DNA of 64,000 nucleotides from the human T2T-CHM13v2.0 reference genome, Homo sapiens. The DNA lies in NCBI GenBank assembly GCA_009914755.4, contig CP068257.2, positions 13,120,001 to 13,184,000 on the forward strand, read 5' to 3'. A program made the position numbers and the translations under genes. The notes under the pieces are model-generated. The model did no database searches and was not told the DNA's origin. It was given only the letters and a program-made list of their open reading frames with translations. Every line of letters starts with the position of its first letter. Within the stretch, counting starts at the first letter, position 1. Below are positions 30,490 to 51,545 of this stretch, one piece after another.

Positions 30490-33400
30490 ATAAAATTACA
30501 AAAAGAAAATATTAACTTAAAATGAGCAACCATAGAAGTAACCAGGGTATAAACCCTCAGCTGGTGATAAACTCAGTTGGTTTTAGTGGTCTCATAGGGT
30601 GAGAGGAAAAGAAGCTAAAGTCTGGGCTTACCCAAAACGCTGAAATTTAATAAGGCACTCCAATATTAAGCAAGGATACCAAAATAATATGCTACCAAGA
30701 TAAAGATGAAATAAAAGTAAACACCCCTACCCCCAAGGACCTGAAAATAAGTTTTTTTCTAACAGAATAAGCAGAGAAAAGAAAAAGGAAGCAGTCCTCA
30801 GAGATTATAAATCTGAAGCCACAAGCCAACCTCTTGGGCACTTATGTCTCAAACTTACATCACATGGGTGATGAAGAAAACAAAATAAATTTTTAAAAAA
30901 AGAAATAATGAGAAAAACTTAAATTGAGAATTTGGTTTTTAGCTTTCCAGAGTGGTTGTGTCTTGATATACCTGTCAGAAACAGATACACATCTTCTCTA
31001 GAGGATACATTTTTACCTTGAGACTCAAACTCCTCATTAATAGAATTTCAAAGCCAATGAACAACACAGAGCTAAACTAAGTACACCCACACATGCACAC
31101 ACCCCACCACCACCACTACCATGAGCATAAACCTGCAGAAACAACAGACACCCACATAAATCTATAAAAATACTGATATAAGCTTATCAGACACAGATGT
31201 TTTCAATGTTTAAAGAAATTAAAAACAAGCTTGAAAATATCTGCAGAATACAGAAAACTATGAGAAGTTTGGCAAAAAATCAAATACATATTTTGGAATT
31301 AAAAACTATATAACCAACAAAATTCAAACTCAATGTATAGTTTTAACCATCAAGTCCTCACAAGAAAGGTTAATGGGAAACATGCAAAATGATAGATTAG
31401 AAGTATGTGAAATTCATGTGTACTTGAGGCTGAGCAATGCTGCCACAGAGCATAGGAAAACTCTTGCTATGGTTTTTTGCTATTTTTGTATGGTATAATA
31501 ATATGGCTATTTATTTATTGTTTGTAAACACTTATTTTTCAAAAAAAAATTCAACAGTAATAGCTTCAGAATTCTCACTTTTAATGTATAATAAAGTATT
31601 TTTCAAGGAAGTTGATAATAAATAGGTTACTTGCACCAAATGTATGTTAATATTTTCCACATAACATGAAACCATAGTGACATCAGTGACATGAAATTAT
31701 TAGAATCATCTTCAAAAGTTACTAGCCAGTCACATCAGGAAGATGGAAGAATTAGAAGTTCCAACCCTCATGCCCCACAAAGAAAAGCCAATTTTGGCAA
31801 TAACTCAGATAAGAATACTTCTGTGAGAGCCCCAAAGTCTAAATGAAAGTTCCAGAACTCCAGTGGAGCACAAAACCTGAGTGAACCCAATCAGAAGGGT
31901 AAAAAGAACAGTTTCACTTCACTCACATAACCTCTCTCCAAATGTAGCACAGCTTGGTGATAAGAGACGCACCCTCAGCCCACAATTTCTCCAACATGGA
32001 AAAGTGAGAGAGAAGTACGTGCCCAGTTTCCCCAACCTTGGGAATGCTGTCCACCAAAACACTGAGGGAAGTGGAACAACTGAATGGCCTGGGGGGAGTT
32101 AGAAGGAGAGAGAAAGGGTAGGAAATCATAGCAAATGAAATGCTAATTTCAATAGCTAGCCACAGATCATGCTAACCCACATAAGGACACCACCAAGAGG
32201 TCTGTTCATGAACCCCACACAACAATTAGCCTATGAACTTATCCAACAAGCCAACATATACATCCAGCACTCCTTGTGTACCCCTCTGGAAGATGTCATG
32301 CAATACATCCCCATTCATGGTACCTGCATGTTCCCACATGTGTGATAGCATATGATCACAATAGCAAGTACAGATCTTAGTAGTTGGCTCAAGTGGTAGA
32401 TTAGAAAATGGTGTACAACCTTGAACAGTTCAGTGCATGGGCCTAGGGAAAATAAATCAGAGACTCTCAGAACCAGGCCTGACTTTGCAAGATTGAGAGA
32501 AGGTACATGACACAAAAATTTCCTCCACAAGAAGAATAAGAGAAGTGGAGCAGAAGTGGATGTATCTGCACAGAAGGTCTGAGAGATCCCAGAATCTTTT
32601 ATCCATCTCCTAGCAAAGGTCTTTCACTCCAGAAACCATTCAGTAAAGACTGGAGGAGATTACTACTTCTTCCAATGTGAAGACAGTAATGCATGCCTTC
32701 AAGAAACTAGAGGAAGCAAGGAAATTAAACACTACCCAAGGGAAAAAATGAAGTTTGAATGACTAGCTCCAAAGAAATGGAGATATATAAATTGCCTGAA
32801 AAAGAAATCAAAGTAACTGTCAGTGAAGCTCAACAAGCTACAAAAGAACAAAGACAATAAACAATGTCAGGAAAACAATATATGAACAAAATGATAAGTT
32901 CAACAGAAATAGTAATCATAAAAAAAGAATCAAATAGAAATTATGGAGCTGAAGAATCCAATGTCCAAAGTGAAAAATACAATAGAGAGCTTCAACAGAA
33001 GACTTGATCAAGCAAAAAAAAAAAAAAAAGAGTAAGCAAACTCAGAGACAGATCATTTGAAATTATCCAATCAGAGGAACAATAACATCAGAAAGAGTGA
33101 AGAAAGAAAACAGGGCTTAAGAGACACCATCTAGAAAATGAATATATGCATTATGAAGGCTACAGAAGGAGAAAGGCAGAGAAAACTTATTTTATGTTAA
33201 AAATAATTACGTAAAATTTCTCAAATCTGTATAGGGAAATGAGCTTTCAGATTCATAAAGACTAAAGAGTCTTAAATATGTTTAATATAAGGGGGTCTCC
33301 ATTGGGACACATTATAATCACATTGTAAAAAGTCAAAGACAGAGAATTTTGAAAACAATAAGAAAAAAGTGATTTTTCATATACAAGGCAACTACTATAA

Positions 33401-33796
33401 GTCTATAAGCATATTTCTTAGCAGAAACTTTACAGACCAGGAGAGAGTGAGATGATAAATATTTAAAGTGCTTAAAGAAAACAAAATCACTGAGAATACA
33501 ATGTCTAGAAGAAAGTCTTTACCTATCAATTATTACTTTAAATATGACTGGATTAAGTTCATGAATCAAATACCTATAGTGGCTGAATGGACTTTAATAA
33601 AACATGATCTAACTACATACCACTTCTAAGAAACTCCCCTTTAGCTTGAAGGACACACGTAAGCTGAAAATAAAGGACAAATGGGTTCTTTATTACAAAA
33701 TTAAATGGTAAAATTATAAATATCTTGAAAAAAACAAAAATGGAAATGCAACATAACAAAACTAATGAGATGCAGCAAAAGCAGCTCTAAAAGGGA
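30490..33796 (+). mobile_element. Old L1 (L1M/L1PB-type) 5' portion: 5'UTR-like region, ORF1 remnant and the start of ORF2
   Basis: ORF1-like coding sequence (…ctccaaagaaatggagatatataaattgcctgaaaaagaaatcaaagtaactgtcagtgaagctcaacaagctacaaaag…ggagctgaagaatccaatgtccaaagtgaaaaatacaatagagagcttcaacag…) is followed by the ORF2 start '…attattactttaaatatgactggattaagttcatgaatcaaatacctatagtggctgaatggactttaataaaacatgatctaact…'. The 5' boundary is uncertain. Confidence 0.55.
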
Positions 33797-35890
33797 TTTT
33801 TTTAAATTAATTTTTCTTTTTTCACTTTTGTGGGTCCATGTTAGGTGTATATATTTATGAGTCATGTTAGATATTTTGATACAGGTATGCAATGTGTAAC
33901 AATAACATTAGGGTAAATAGAGTATCCACCACCTCAAGCATTTATCCTTTGTGTTTCAAACAATTATATTATACACTTAGTTGTTTTTAAATAAACAATT
34001 AAATTATTTTGCTGTAGTCTTTCTGTTGTGCTAGGAAATACCAGTTCTTACTTATTCTTTCTAACTATTTTTGTACCTATTAACCATCCACCTTCCTCCA
34101 TACCATCCCCACTTCCAACTATCCTTCCCAGCCTCTGGTAACCATCTTTCTAGTCTCTAACTCCATGAGTTCAATTGTTTTAATTTTTAGCTCCCAGAAA
34201 TAAGTGAGAACATGCAATGTTTCTCTTTCTGTGTGTGGTTAATTTCATTTAACATAATGACCTCCAGTTCCATCCATAATAACATAATAATGTAATAACG
34301 CAATAATGCAAATGATTGGATGTCACTTTTAATGGCTGAATAATATTCCACTGTGTATGTGTACCACATTTTCTTTATCTGTTGATGGACACTTAGGCTG
34401 CTTCCAAATCTTGGCTGTTGTAAATAGTGCTTCAATAAACCTGGGAAGGTGGGTATCAGTTCAATATACTGTTTTTCTTTATTTTGGGAATAGACCTATG
34501 AGCAGAATTGCTAGTTCACATGGTAGCCCTATTTTTATTATTTTGAGGAACCCTCCATACTGTTCTCCATAGCGGTTGTACTAATTTACATTTCCACCAA
34601 CAATGTATGATGGTTCTTTTTTCTTCACATTCCTGTCAACATTAGTTATTGCCTGTCTTCTGGATATAAGCCATTTTAAGTGGGGTGAGAAGATATTGCA
34701 TTTTAGGTCTGATTTGCATTTCTCTTATGATCAGTGATTTTGAGCACCTTTTCTTTTACCTGTTTGCCATTTGTATGTCTTCTTTTGAGAAATGTCTATT
34801 CAAATTACTTGCCCATTTTTTAATCAGATTATTAAATTTTTTTCCCTATACAGTTGTTTGAGCTCCTTATAGATTCTGGTTATTAATCCCTTGTCAGATG
34901 GGTAGTTTATAAATATTTTCTCTAATTCTATGGGTTTTCTCTTCACTTTGCTGGTTATTTCCTTTGCTATGCAGAAGCGTTTTAGCTTGATATAATCGCA
35001 TTTGTCTATTTTTACTTTGCTTGCCTATGCCTGTGTGGTATTGCTCAAGATGTCTTTGTCCACTCCAATGTCTTGAAGAGTTTCCCCAGTGTTTTCTTGT
35101 AGTAGTTTCATAGTTCGTGGACTTAGATTAAGTGTTTAACTAATTTTGATTTGATTTTTCTATATGGCAAGAGATAGGGGTCTAGGTTTATTCTTCCACT
35201 ATGGATATTCAGTTTTCTCAGTACTATTTATTGAAGAGACTTCTTTTCCCAAAGTATGCTCCTGGAACATTTGTCAAAAAAGAGTTCAGGGTAGATGTAT
35301 GTATTTATTTCTGGGTTCTCCATTCTGTTCCATTGGTCAATGTGTCTCTTTTTATGCCAGTAGCATGCTGCTTTGGTTACTATAACTCTGTAGTATAACA
35401 TGGAGTCAGGTTATGTGATTCTTCCAGTTTTATTCTTTTTGCTCAGCATAGCTTTGGCTATTCTGGGTCTTTTGTGGCTCCATATACATTTTAGGATTGC
35501 TTTATCTATTTCTGTGAAGAAAATCCTTGGTATATTGACAGAAATTGCATTAAGTCTACAAATTGCTTTGTGTAGTATGGATACTTTAACAATACTAATT
35601 CATCCAATCCATGAACATGGAAGCTCTTTCCATTTTTCTTGTGTCCTATTTACTTTCTTGCATTAATATTTTAAACTTATTATCGTAGAGGTCTTTCGCT
35701 TCAGATAAATCCAACTTGGTTATGATTATGATCTTTTTAATGGATTATTGATCATAAAGCTGTTAGAACTCACAAACAAGTTCAATAAAGTTGCAGGATA
35801 CAAAATCCACATACAAAATTCAGTTACATTTCTATACACTAACAACACACACTATACTTTAATAAATTAAGAATATAGTCCCATTTAAAA
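33797..35890 (-). mobile_element. L1 (L1PB/L1MA-type) 3' portion in reverse orientation (ORF2 C-terminus plus 3'UTR), 5'-truncated
   Basis: Reverse complement of the L1 3' region: '…ctcccagaaataagtgagaacatgcaatgtttctctttctgtgtgtggttaatttcatttaacataatgacctccagttccatccat…' and '…ttgtttgagctccttatagattctggttattaatcccttgtcagatgggtagtttataaatattttctc…'. The poly-T end is near 33797. Confidence 0.7.
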
Positions 35891-35891
35891 T

Positions 35892-41500
<5,609 letters not shown>

Positions 41501-41504
41501 ACAA

Positions 41505-43020
41505 CTGTAAGAAAGACCATAACAAAATAAAAAAATAAAATAAAAAATAAAATGCATTGAAAAGAAAAAAAGCTTACGTATAAATTTAACTAAGAAGGTG
41601 AATGATCTGTATACTAAAACTACAAAACAATAATAAAAAATTACATTGGACACAGTAAGTGGAAAGATGTTCCATGTTCACAGATTAGAAGAATTAATAT
41701 TGTTAAAATGTCCATACTACCCAAAGCAATCTACAGATTAAATGTAATCCTTATCAAAAATTCCAAGGGTATTTTTCATAGAAAAAAAAATCCTAAAATT
41801 AATATGTAACTACAAAAGACCCTTAACACCCAAATGAATCTTGAGCAAGTGTACAAGAAAGCTGAAGACATCACACTTCCTGATTTCAAATTATGTTACT
41901 AACCTCTAGTAATCAAAATAGTATGGTACTGGCATAAAAGAGACATAGACCAATGGAACAGAATACATAACCCAGATATAAACCCATGCATATATGGTCA
42001 ATTAATTTTCAACAAGGGATCCAAAGATATACAATGAGGAAAGGACAGTTTCTTCAATAAATGGTGTTGGAAAAACTAGATATCCGTATGCAAAATAATA
42101 TAATTGGGTGTTGTTTTACACCATACAGGAGAACCAACTCAAAACGGATTAATGACTTAAATGTAAGACCTGAAACAATAAAACTCCTGGAAGAAAACAG
42201 AAAAAAAGCTCACTGACATTGATCTTGGCAATAATATTTTGGATATCACACTAAAATCTCAGGCAACAAAAGCAATAATATATAAGTGGGAGTTATGTAA
42301 AACTAAAAAGCTTCTACATAGCAAAGGAAACAATCAACAAAACAAAAAGGCAACTGCTATGCTTTTAATGTGTTTCCCAAATTTTATAAGCAAGAAACTT
42401 AATCCACGATATGGCAGTATTGAAAAGTGGGGCCTGTAAAAGTTAACAGGATTATGAGGGCTCATAAATGAATTAATCCATTTATGGATTAGTGGTTTAA
42501 TAGATTAATCGGTTATGGGAATGGAACTGGTGATTTTATAAGAGAAGGAGAGAGCTAAGCAAGTATGATCCGTCCCCTCACTACCATGTGATGCCTTTCA
42601 CTGCCTCAGGACTCTGCAGAGAGTCCCCACCAGCAAGACGTTCTCACCAGATATACCTCTCTACCTTGTACATCTCAGCCTCCATAACCCTAAGAAATAA
42701 ATTTCTTTTCTTAATAGATCAGACAGTTTCAGGTATTCTGTTATAAGCAACAGAAAATAGCAACCTATGAAATGGGCTAATATCCAAAATATACAAGGAT
42801 CTCATACAACTCAACAGCAAAACAAAACACAAAAACAAAGAAAAAGAAAACTAAAAAAAAAAAACTAATTACAAAATGGGTGAAGGAAATGAATAGACAT
42901 TTCTCCAAAGAAGATATACAAACAGCTGACAAATTTGTGAAAAGGTGCTCAACATTACTAGTCATTAGGGAAATTCAAATCAAAACCACAATGAATTAGC
43001 ACCACAGCTATTAGGATGGC
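41505..43020 (+). mobile_element. Old L1 (L1M-type) ORF2 3' segment, carrying an inserted MST-type LTR fragment
   Basis: '…gacacagtaagtggaaagatgttccatgttcacagattagaagaattaatattgttaaaatgtccatactacccaaagcaatctacagattaaatgtaatcc…' and '…caaatcaaaaccacaatgaattagcaccacagctattaggatggctatcctaaaatg' are L1 ORF2 sequence. Confidence 0.6.
42425..42735 (+). mobile_element. MST-type MaLR LTR fragment inserted in the old L1
   Basis: 'aagtggggcctgtaaaagttaacaggattatgagggctcataaatgaat…ccatgtgatgcctttc…cctaagaaataaatttcttttcttaatagatcagacagtttcaggtattctgttataagcaacag' belongs to the same family as 27222-27897. Confidence 0.5.
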
Positions 43021-43183
43021 TATCCTAAAATGTTTTTGTCATCCACAGACAATTGTTATCTTGTTTTAGTCCTCTTTAAAAGATGTTTTTATAACCAGCT
43101 ACAAAATTTAACAGGTGTTCTTAAATGCAGGATTGTGATTAATAACTCTGGAGATTGTGACATTAGAATAGACGAAAAACTGG

Positions 43184-43535
<352 letters not shown>

Positions 43536-44989
43536 TTATGGGAAACTTCTATAATTCTGACATGATTTAGTGTACATTACTAATAATTAGCATTGTCATG
43601 TAAAATTGTTGTATGCCACAGAAGTAACCAAAATTCCTAGTCAGTTGTAGCTTTAATAGTGGCTATCCTAATTATTTTGTCATCCACAAACATTTTGTCT
43701 TGCTTAGCTCCTTTTCAAAAGGCAGTTTATAATCAGATATAGGACTCTGAGTGCAGGTCCCTGATACTTTAAAAATTGTGATATTCAAATAGAGGAAAAA
43801 CAAACAAACTTCTAGGATTCTCACAGAAAACTAATGTGTTAAACACCGCTAAACCTCTTGTTTTCAAAGTCAAGATAACCTATTTTTTTAGAGCTATTGG
43901 CAACTTTTAACAAGTGAGTAAAATAATATACTCCTGTGAACAAAATGTATAGCATATATGTTTCTCTCTACCTGATTTCTCCAGAATTTGGGAACTATGT
44001 CTGAGTATTCTCAATTTACAGTAGTATAGTTAATTGTGTAAGTGCAATAAGAATCTGTTTTCTTTTGTAATAGGACCCAATTGGAGAAATTGGTCATTTT
44101 ACCAAGACTGACTGGAATGGCATGCTCCCTTTAAAGAATCAAAGATCAAACTTGACTTATAGAGCCAATTAAAGCCCGTTCGGGAATCTGGCCTCATACT
44201 TTGTGCACAGAGTCCCTGTACAAGGTTTCTGACCTGTGCTAAGTAAAGAATGTCACTTTCTAACAGGCCCGGAAACCCCTAGTTATCTTGGACCTCAAGA
44301 GAAGAGGAATTTGCTCAACTCAAAGATATTTGAGGGTACAGACCCATGGCTGGACTTGGCTTTTAAAAATTCTTATCTGAGATGTTTCATAGAATAGAGT
44401 TCCATCAAAGCCAATTAAAGCCTACATGAAAAATAATTATTCTTGCTGCACTTTATGCAAATAATCAGGCCAAGTACAGTAAGACTAAAGTTTTATTTTG
44501 TAAACTGTAAATCAGTTCGATCATTATTTGTTTTTTTTTAAAAAATGGAGACTGGAGAGAGAAAAATTATGCCTCAAAAGAAAAACTATAGTACACTGTT
44601 GTTAGCTGTTCTTGAAGTTTTTTCCTGCCATTTAGACTAAATTCTAAATTCTTTGTAGGCTAGAAGTCTCCAAACTAATGCTTTCAAATCTTTGCTTTTA
44701 AAATTGGGAATTGTACTCCTCATCCTAGGACTCATTATTTACCTTATAGTATACAGTTCACTTAAATACTGTCCTAAAACTGTAGATGGAAGTAATAATG
44801 TTTTTACCATGCTAGCCTTGAAAGCCCAGCCATGCCTGCATGAGTATGCTCAGGCAATTGCAAAGTAGTTCCATTCTTCTCACCTTGTGGCCAGAGCGAT
44901 TGATGGCCTTTTCCCATCTTCATAGCATACACCTTAAGATTAAATTGTTATACAACCCAAAGGGAGGGATTGAAACCATAATTTTGCAA

Positions 44990-45540
44990 AATTATGACTG
45001 AAACAGTGAAACAGAGCTAACTTAACCAACTCCATCTTGCTTCTAATCTCCAAGCTGTCTTGTTCATTCCTGGGCATAGGCTGAACTAAGTTTGGGAGAA
45101 AGTTTATAGTTTAAACAAAGAGAGTAACAACGCTTTCCCAAAGCACACCTCCTTCCTGCCTGGGGACTAGATAGCCTTTGTAGGACTAACATTAGTGACA
45201 GTATTAGAAATTATGGTTTAGGAGTCATGCAGCTGGAATCTACAAGATTCTGACCGTCCCTATACTGCTCCTAAGACCAATGCTTGAGATATTTTGTAGA
45301 CCCTGCATGTGATAGATCAGCTGGCACCACCCAGATCAATAAACTAACTCATCTAATCTTGTGGCCCCCACCCAGGAACTGACTCAGTGCAAGAAGACTG
45401 CTTCTACTCCCTATGATTTCATCTCTGACCAATCAGCACCCTGGCTCACCAGCTTCCCCTCACCCACCAAGTTATCCTTAAAAACTCTGCTCCCCTAATG
45501 ATTGGGGAGACTAATTTGAGTAATAATAAAACTCCAGTCT
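44990..45540 (+). mobile_element. Possible ERV-derived solo LTR (unclassified)
   Basis: '…ctgaccaatcagcaccctggctcacc…ccttaaaaactctgctcccctaatgattggggagactaatttgagtaataataaaactccagtctcccaca' shows LTR-like U3/R motifs (CCAAT-like box, TATA-like 'ttaaaaa', 'aataaa', terminal …CA). The boundaries are approximate. Confidence 0.3.
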
Positions 45541-45589
45541 CCCACATTAAAAAAAAAATCCAATGTCTTTTTTCACAGTAATGGAAAAA

Positions 45590-47579
<1,990 letters not shown>

Positions 47580-47581
47580 TA

Positions 47582-47941
47582 CAGTAGTCCCCCATTATCA
47601 GCAGGAGATACATACCAAGACCTCCTGTGGCTATCTGAAACCCCAGATAGTACCAAATCCTGTATATACTATGTGTTCTTCCATCTGATAACTGATAACA
47701 GCAACTAAGTGACTAACAGGTGGGTAGATATATAGTGTGAATATGCTGGACAAAGGGATGATTTACATACTGGGCAGTAAGAGCTGGACAATGTGAGATT
47801 TCATCACGCCACCTAGAATGGTGCACAATTTAAAATTAATTATCAATGTCTGGAATTTTCCATTTAATATTTCCAGATCATGGTTGACCACAGGTAACTG
47901 AAACCACAGAAAGTGGAATCATGGATAAGGTTGTACTAGTG
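47582..47941. mobile_element. Internally deleted (MITE-like) Tigger/pogo-type DNA transposon with TA target-site duplication
   Basis: The termini 'cagtagtcccccattatcagcaggagatacataccaagacctcctgtggctatctgaaaccccagatagtacc…' and '…gaccacaggtaactgaaaccacagaaagtggaatcatggataaggttgtactagtg' are inverted repeats of each other. They match the recalled Tigger-type end 'cagtagtcccccc ttatccgcgg…/…ggtaactgaaaccgcggaaagcgaaaccgcggataagggggggactactg'. The element is flanked by TA (47580-47581) and TA (47942-47943). Confidence 0.55.
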
Positions 47942-47984
47942 TAATAAGAGGTCTAAATCATAACCAATAGTCATGTTAAACGGA

Positions 47985-48930
47985 ATCATAATGAAAATTC
48001 AAAAGCAGGCAGAAAAGAAAAAAAAAACAGGTGGAACAAATAGAAAACAACTAGCAGGCTGGGCAGATTATAACCAGACCTCATAAAAGTGGTTACATTA
48101 AAGGTAAATGGTCTAAAAATACTAAGTAAAATACAGAGATGGTCAAATTAAATAATAAAACAAGAGCCAAATATATGCTGTATACCACAAACTCTATATA
48201 TAAAAACATGGAAAGGTTAAAAGAAAACTGATGTAGAAAATACACCATGCAAGCCCACCTCCAAAGAAAGCTGGAGGGGTTATATTAATATCAAAGTAGC
48301 CTTCAAAAACAGAAATATTATTTGGAATGAAGAGAAAATTAATAATGGTAAAGGATAACCAAGATGACATAAAAATCCTAGATGTGTACCTAGGAAAAGA
48401 GTTCCAAAAAACAAGAAGCAGAAACTGATACAACTAAAAGGAAAAATACGCAAGTCCACAACTATTGATTAAAATTTCAACACAACCTTTTCAGTAATTG
48501 AATGAACAAATATACAGAAAATCATTACGTGTCAAGACTTCAATAACAATATCATCTGACTTAACCAACGAGCAGCCGATTAAACATTCTTCTCAAGTAG
48601 ACATTCAGCAAGATAGACAACAGTTGTGCCATGAAACAAACCTCAACCAATTAAAAAGAAATGATATCATACCAGGTGTTTTCTCTGACTATAATAAAAT
48701 TAAATTATACATCTATAACGGATATCTGTAAAACCACAAATATTCGGAGATTAAAAAATATACTTCTAAATATCCCATGCCAAGAGCAAGTTAAAAATAA
48801 AATTAGAACATGTTTTAAGTTGAATAAAAATTAAAACCCAATGTATTAAAATGTATAAGGTTCTAAAGAAATGCTTGAAGTGCAATGGATGGTGCAAAAC
48901 ACTTCCATTAGAAAAAAGAAACAGGTTTCA
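47985..48930 (+). mobile_element. Old L1 (L1M-type) ORF1/ORF2 junction and ORF2 endonuclease region
   Basis: '…ggaacaaatagaaaacaactagcaggctgggcagattataaccagacctcataaaagtggttacattaaaggtaaatggtctaaaaatactaagtaaaatacagagatggtcaaattaaataataaaacaagagccaaatatatgctgtataccacaaactctatatataaaaacatggaaaggttaaaag…' parallels the L1 ORF2 start. Confidence 0.55.
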
Positions 48931-50130
48931 TTCAGTTGTCTAAGAACAATGACCCTAACACCTGTTCCCTTTTCCTTTCCATCAGAGTTAATTATCTGTA
49001 AGGAAGATATACACATCTAAAGACAGATTTTCCAAACACATGCATGTGCATTTTGAAGCCAGACATTATAATCAATTAAGATTCATTCCTAGAACATCTG
49101 GTCACCAGTCAGGCATTCAATTTAGGAACTATCACTTTAAGCATTAAATGCAACTACTTTCAATAACATTTTGTCTTCTTCCTTTGAAAGTAAAAATATC
49201 TGCTTCAAAACTATAGTTTTGTAATTCAAAGGAAAGTTTACCATATTGTTTACTACTTATTTTCTTAAAGCTGGAAACAGACAAAATACACCACTGGAAA
49301 GCATAATTAATATGTGTATCATAACATCTAAAGCTACAGTTATAAATAATGTGTCTTGAGCTTAAAGTGACCAACCATCACAGATTGCCCAAACTATAGG
49401 GATTCCAGAGACATGGGATTTTCAATGCTGAAACTGGGCAATTCCTGAGCAAAGTATGACAAGTTGGTGACCCTAGGCATACATGTCTAATGAATCATAC
49501 AGATCTATTTTAATTGAACAATTATAAAAATAAATTGTTAATAGCAAGTATCTTAAAACAAAATAATTCAATGTTTGTCTTAAAACATGTTAACTTGATT
49601 TGTTACTTATTTTCATGGGATCTACGTTTGTGTTGTTAAATCCACAGGTTGTGTCTTCATGGCCCCAGTCACAGGCCCACTGATGCTTCCTAGCCTGGCT
49701 CTGTGCATGTTTTCAGTTTGTTCTCTCTTTCTTCATAACTACCACAACTTCCTCTAGTTCTCAGTATTACTAAGATTGTTGGTGCAAATATACTTGAGAT
49801 CCCCAGTTCAACTTGCCCCTATTTTCCCAAATGTGTAGCAAACTAACTAGGCTAGACCTGCCGCTGACTAGCCTTTCTTTTTCTCTCGTTTTTAGATGGT
49901 TCTCAATGGATGTGTCAGTGTCTGTGTGTGTTAGCATGTAAGAATGTGTGAAAGTATGTTTTGGGGGAGTACCACAACCACTAAAAGCACTTTTACAAAT
50001 AACACAGATTTCCACCCTCAAAAGATTCTAGACTGTTTCCTAGAGAACGGGAGTGGGAAGTAGCAAAGAGTAGTTTGAATATGTCTCACGAATAATTCTG
50101 ATATGTATATCCCAACTCTCCAAGCTCTGC

Positions 50131-50162
50131 CAACACACACACACAAACACACACACACAAAC
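50131..50162. repeat. (CA)n microsatellite, interrupted
   Basis: 'caacacacacacacaaacacacacacacaaac' read directly. Confidence 0.85.
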
Positions 50163-51329
50163 TTATACACTCCACTGGAATCTTGATGAACCAATTATCT
50201 ATTTCATTCTTGGTAGTAGTGAGCTAGTAGAGATTACGCTATGTTAAGCCTATAATTTTATTATTTATTCTTTCCCCATTAGGAAACATTATTGTCAGGG
50301 ATGTTCTATAGTATACTTACGTAAAGTATTACCATACTTCATTCTTTTTTCTCTTGTAACTTCTTACACAGAAAAGAAATCTGGAATGGATTATGTGTCA
50401 GTTATTACATCAGGCCCAAGAGAACGTGTTGCTTTCACATGGGATGTGGCAAACTTCCCAGGGCCCCTAAATGGACTACTTAGGGAATCCCAAGCCCCAA
50501 AAAATGGTCCCTGGAAGATACCTGGTCTGTTGATTCACATCCTGGACTCATTTAATCATTGGTGTTTGTTCATTGGCTTAGCCAAGATGAGAGATGAGGT
50601 AATGATATCTGAATTTATCAGACAATTTTCCTTTCAATGTCATATAAATTTGTGGAGGATCCAAGTAAGACTCTATGTATTTATATGAGGATGCTCTCCT
50701 CACTGGACATGAATGTGGCCACCATTAATACTATATTCTTAAATAAAATAAAGACATCCTTCTTAGGTTGTTTGAGGCAGTAATTTCCAACTTCATTGCT
50801 TTATTTTGTTCGAAATAAACATTCTTCTCTATTTGCCAGCACTCATTATTCCTGAAAACAAAAATGCAAAATAAAAACAAAAGTGGTCTAGGACATATCA
50901 GGGGGAGACAGCCAGAATCCCTGACATCTATTGTTTGCTTCTTGATTGGTAATCATGGTGTTTGCTTGTAAACTAAACGGCTAAGAGGACTGAAAAGAAT
51001 CTCGAAATAGGTTTACAAGTGTTACCAGATTCAATAGTATATTTCTGAAGGTCAAGGCAAGCCAAAGGAGAAGAATTTTCTTGTTATCAGATGCCCAAAT
51101 GGTATCACCAACATCCAAATCACCACCAGCAATACTGGTAGTAGGGTAACATTTTGGAATTCTTAGTAAAGTCTCATTAATCAGACTTTTCTAATAGGAA
51201 ATTTGTGACTATCCAGACAGAAATTGAGTTAAATTTTACTTTTGTACTCTGAACGAGAATTGAAAATGTAAGCATAAAATATTAACCAATTTGAAATGAA
51301 TGTAAACTGTTTAATCACTTTATAATAGT

Positions 51330-51545
51330 ATTGACAAACACATAGAGATAGAGAGCAGAATAGAAGAACAGTGTTAGACAGAGAGTAGAATGGAACTTAC
51401 TGGGTCAAAATGAGATGATGAAAAGTTCAGGAGATGGATAGTGGTGATGCTTGCCAAACAATGTGAATGTACTTAATGTTACTGAACTGTCTACTAAAAA
51501 ATGGTTAAAATGATAAAAGAGAAAAAATAGTACTGAATGCAAACA
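51330..51545 (+). mobile_element. Old L1 (L1M-type) 3'UTR terminal fragment
   Basis: '…gtagaatggaacttactgggtcaaaatgagatgatgaaaagttcaggagatggatagtggtgatgcttgccaaacaatgtgaatgtacttaatgttactgaactgtctactaaaaaatggttaaaatgataaa' matches the characteristic L1M 3' end (…ggagatggatggtggtgatggttgcacaacaatgtgaatgtacttaatgccactgaactgtacacttaaaaatggttaagatggtaaatttt…). Confidence 0.5.

Noticed and set aside
50370-50597. Possible internal exon. The ORF 50386-50688 is preceded by a pyrimidine-rich tract plus 'cag' (…ttcttttttctcttgtaacttcttacacag|aaaag…) and contains 'gag|gtaatg' at ~50595, giving a 228-bp (multiple of 3) AG…GT-bounded open segment
   Set aside because: AG/GT pairs bounding short open frames occur by chance at high frequency in AT-rich DNA. 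The translated peptide (…VITSGPRERVAFTWDVANFPGPLNGLL…) resembles no protein I recognise. There is no second exon, CpG island or promoter nearby. Testing this would need conservation or RNA-seq evidence, which I cannot obtain here.
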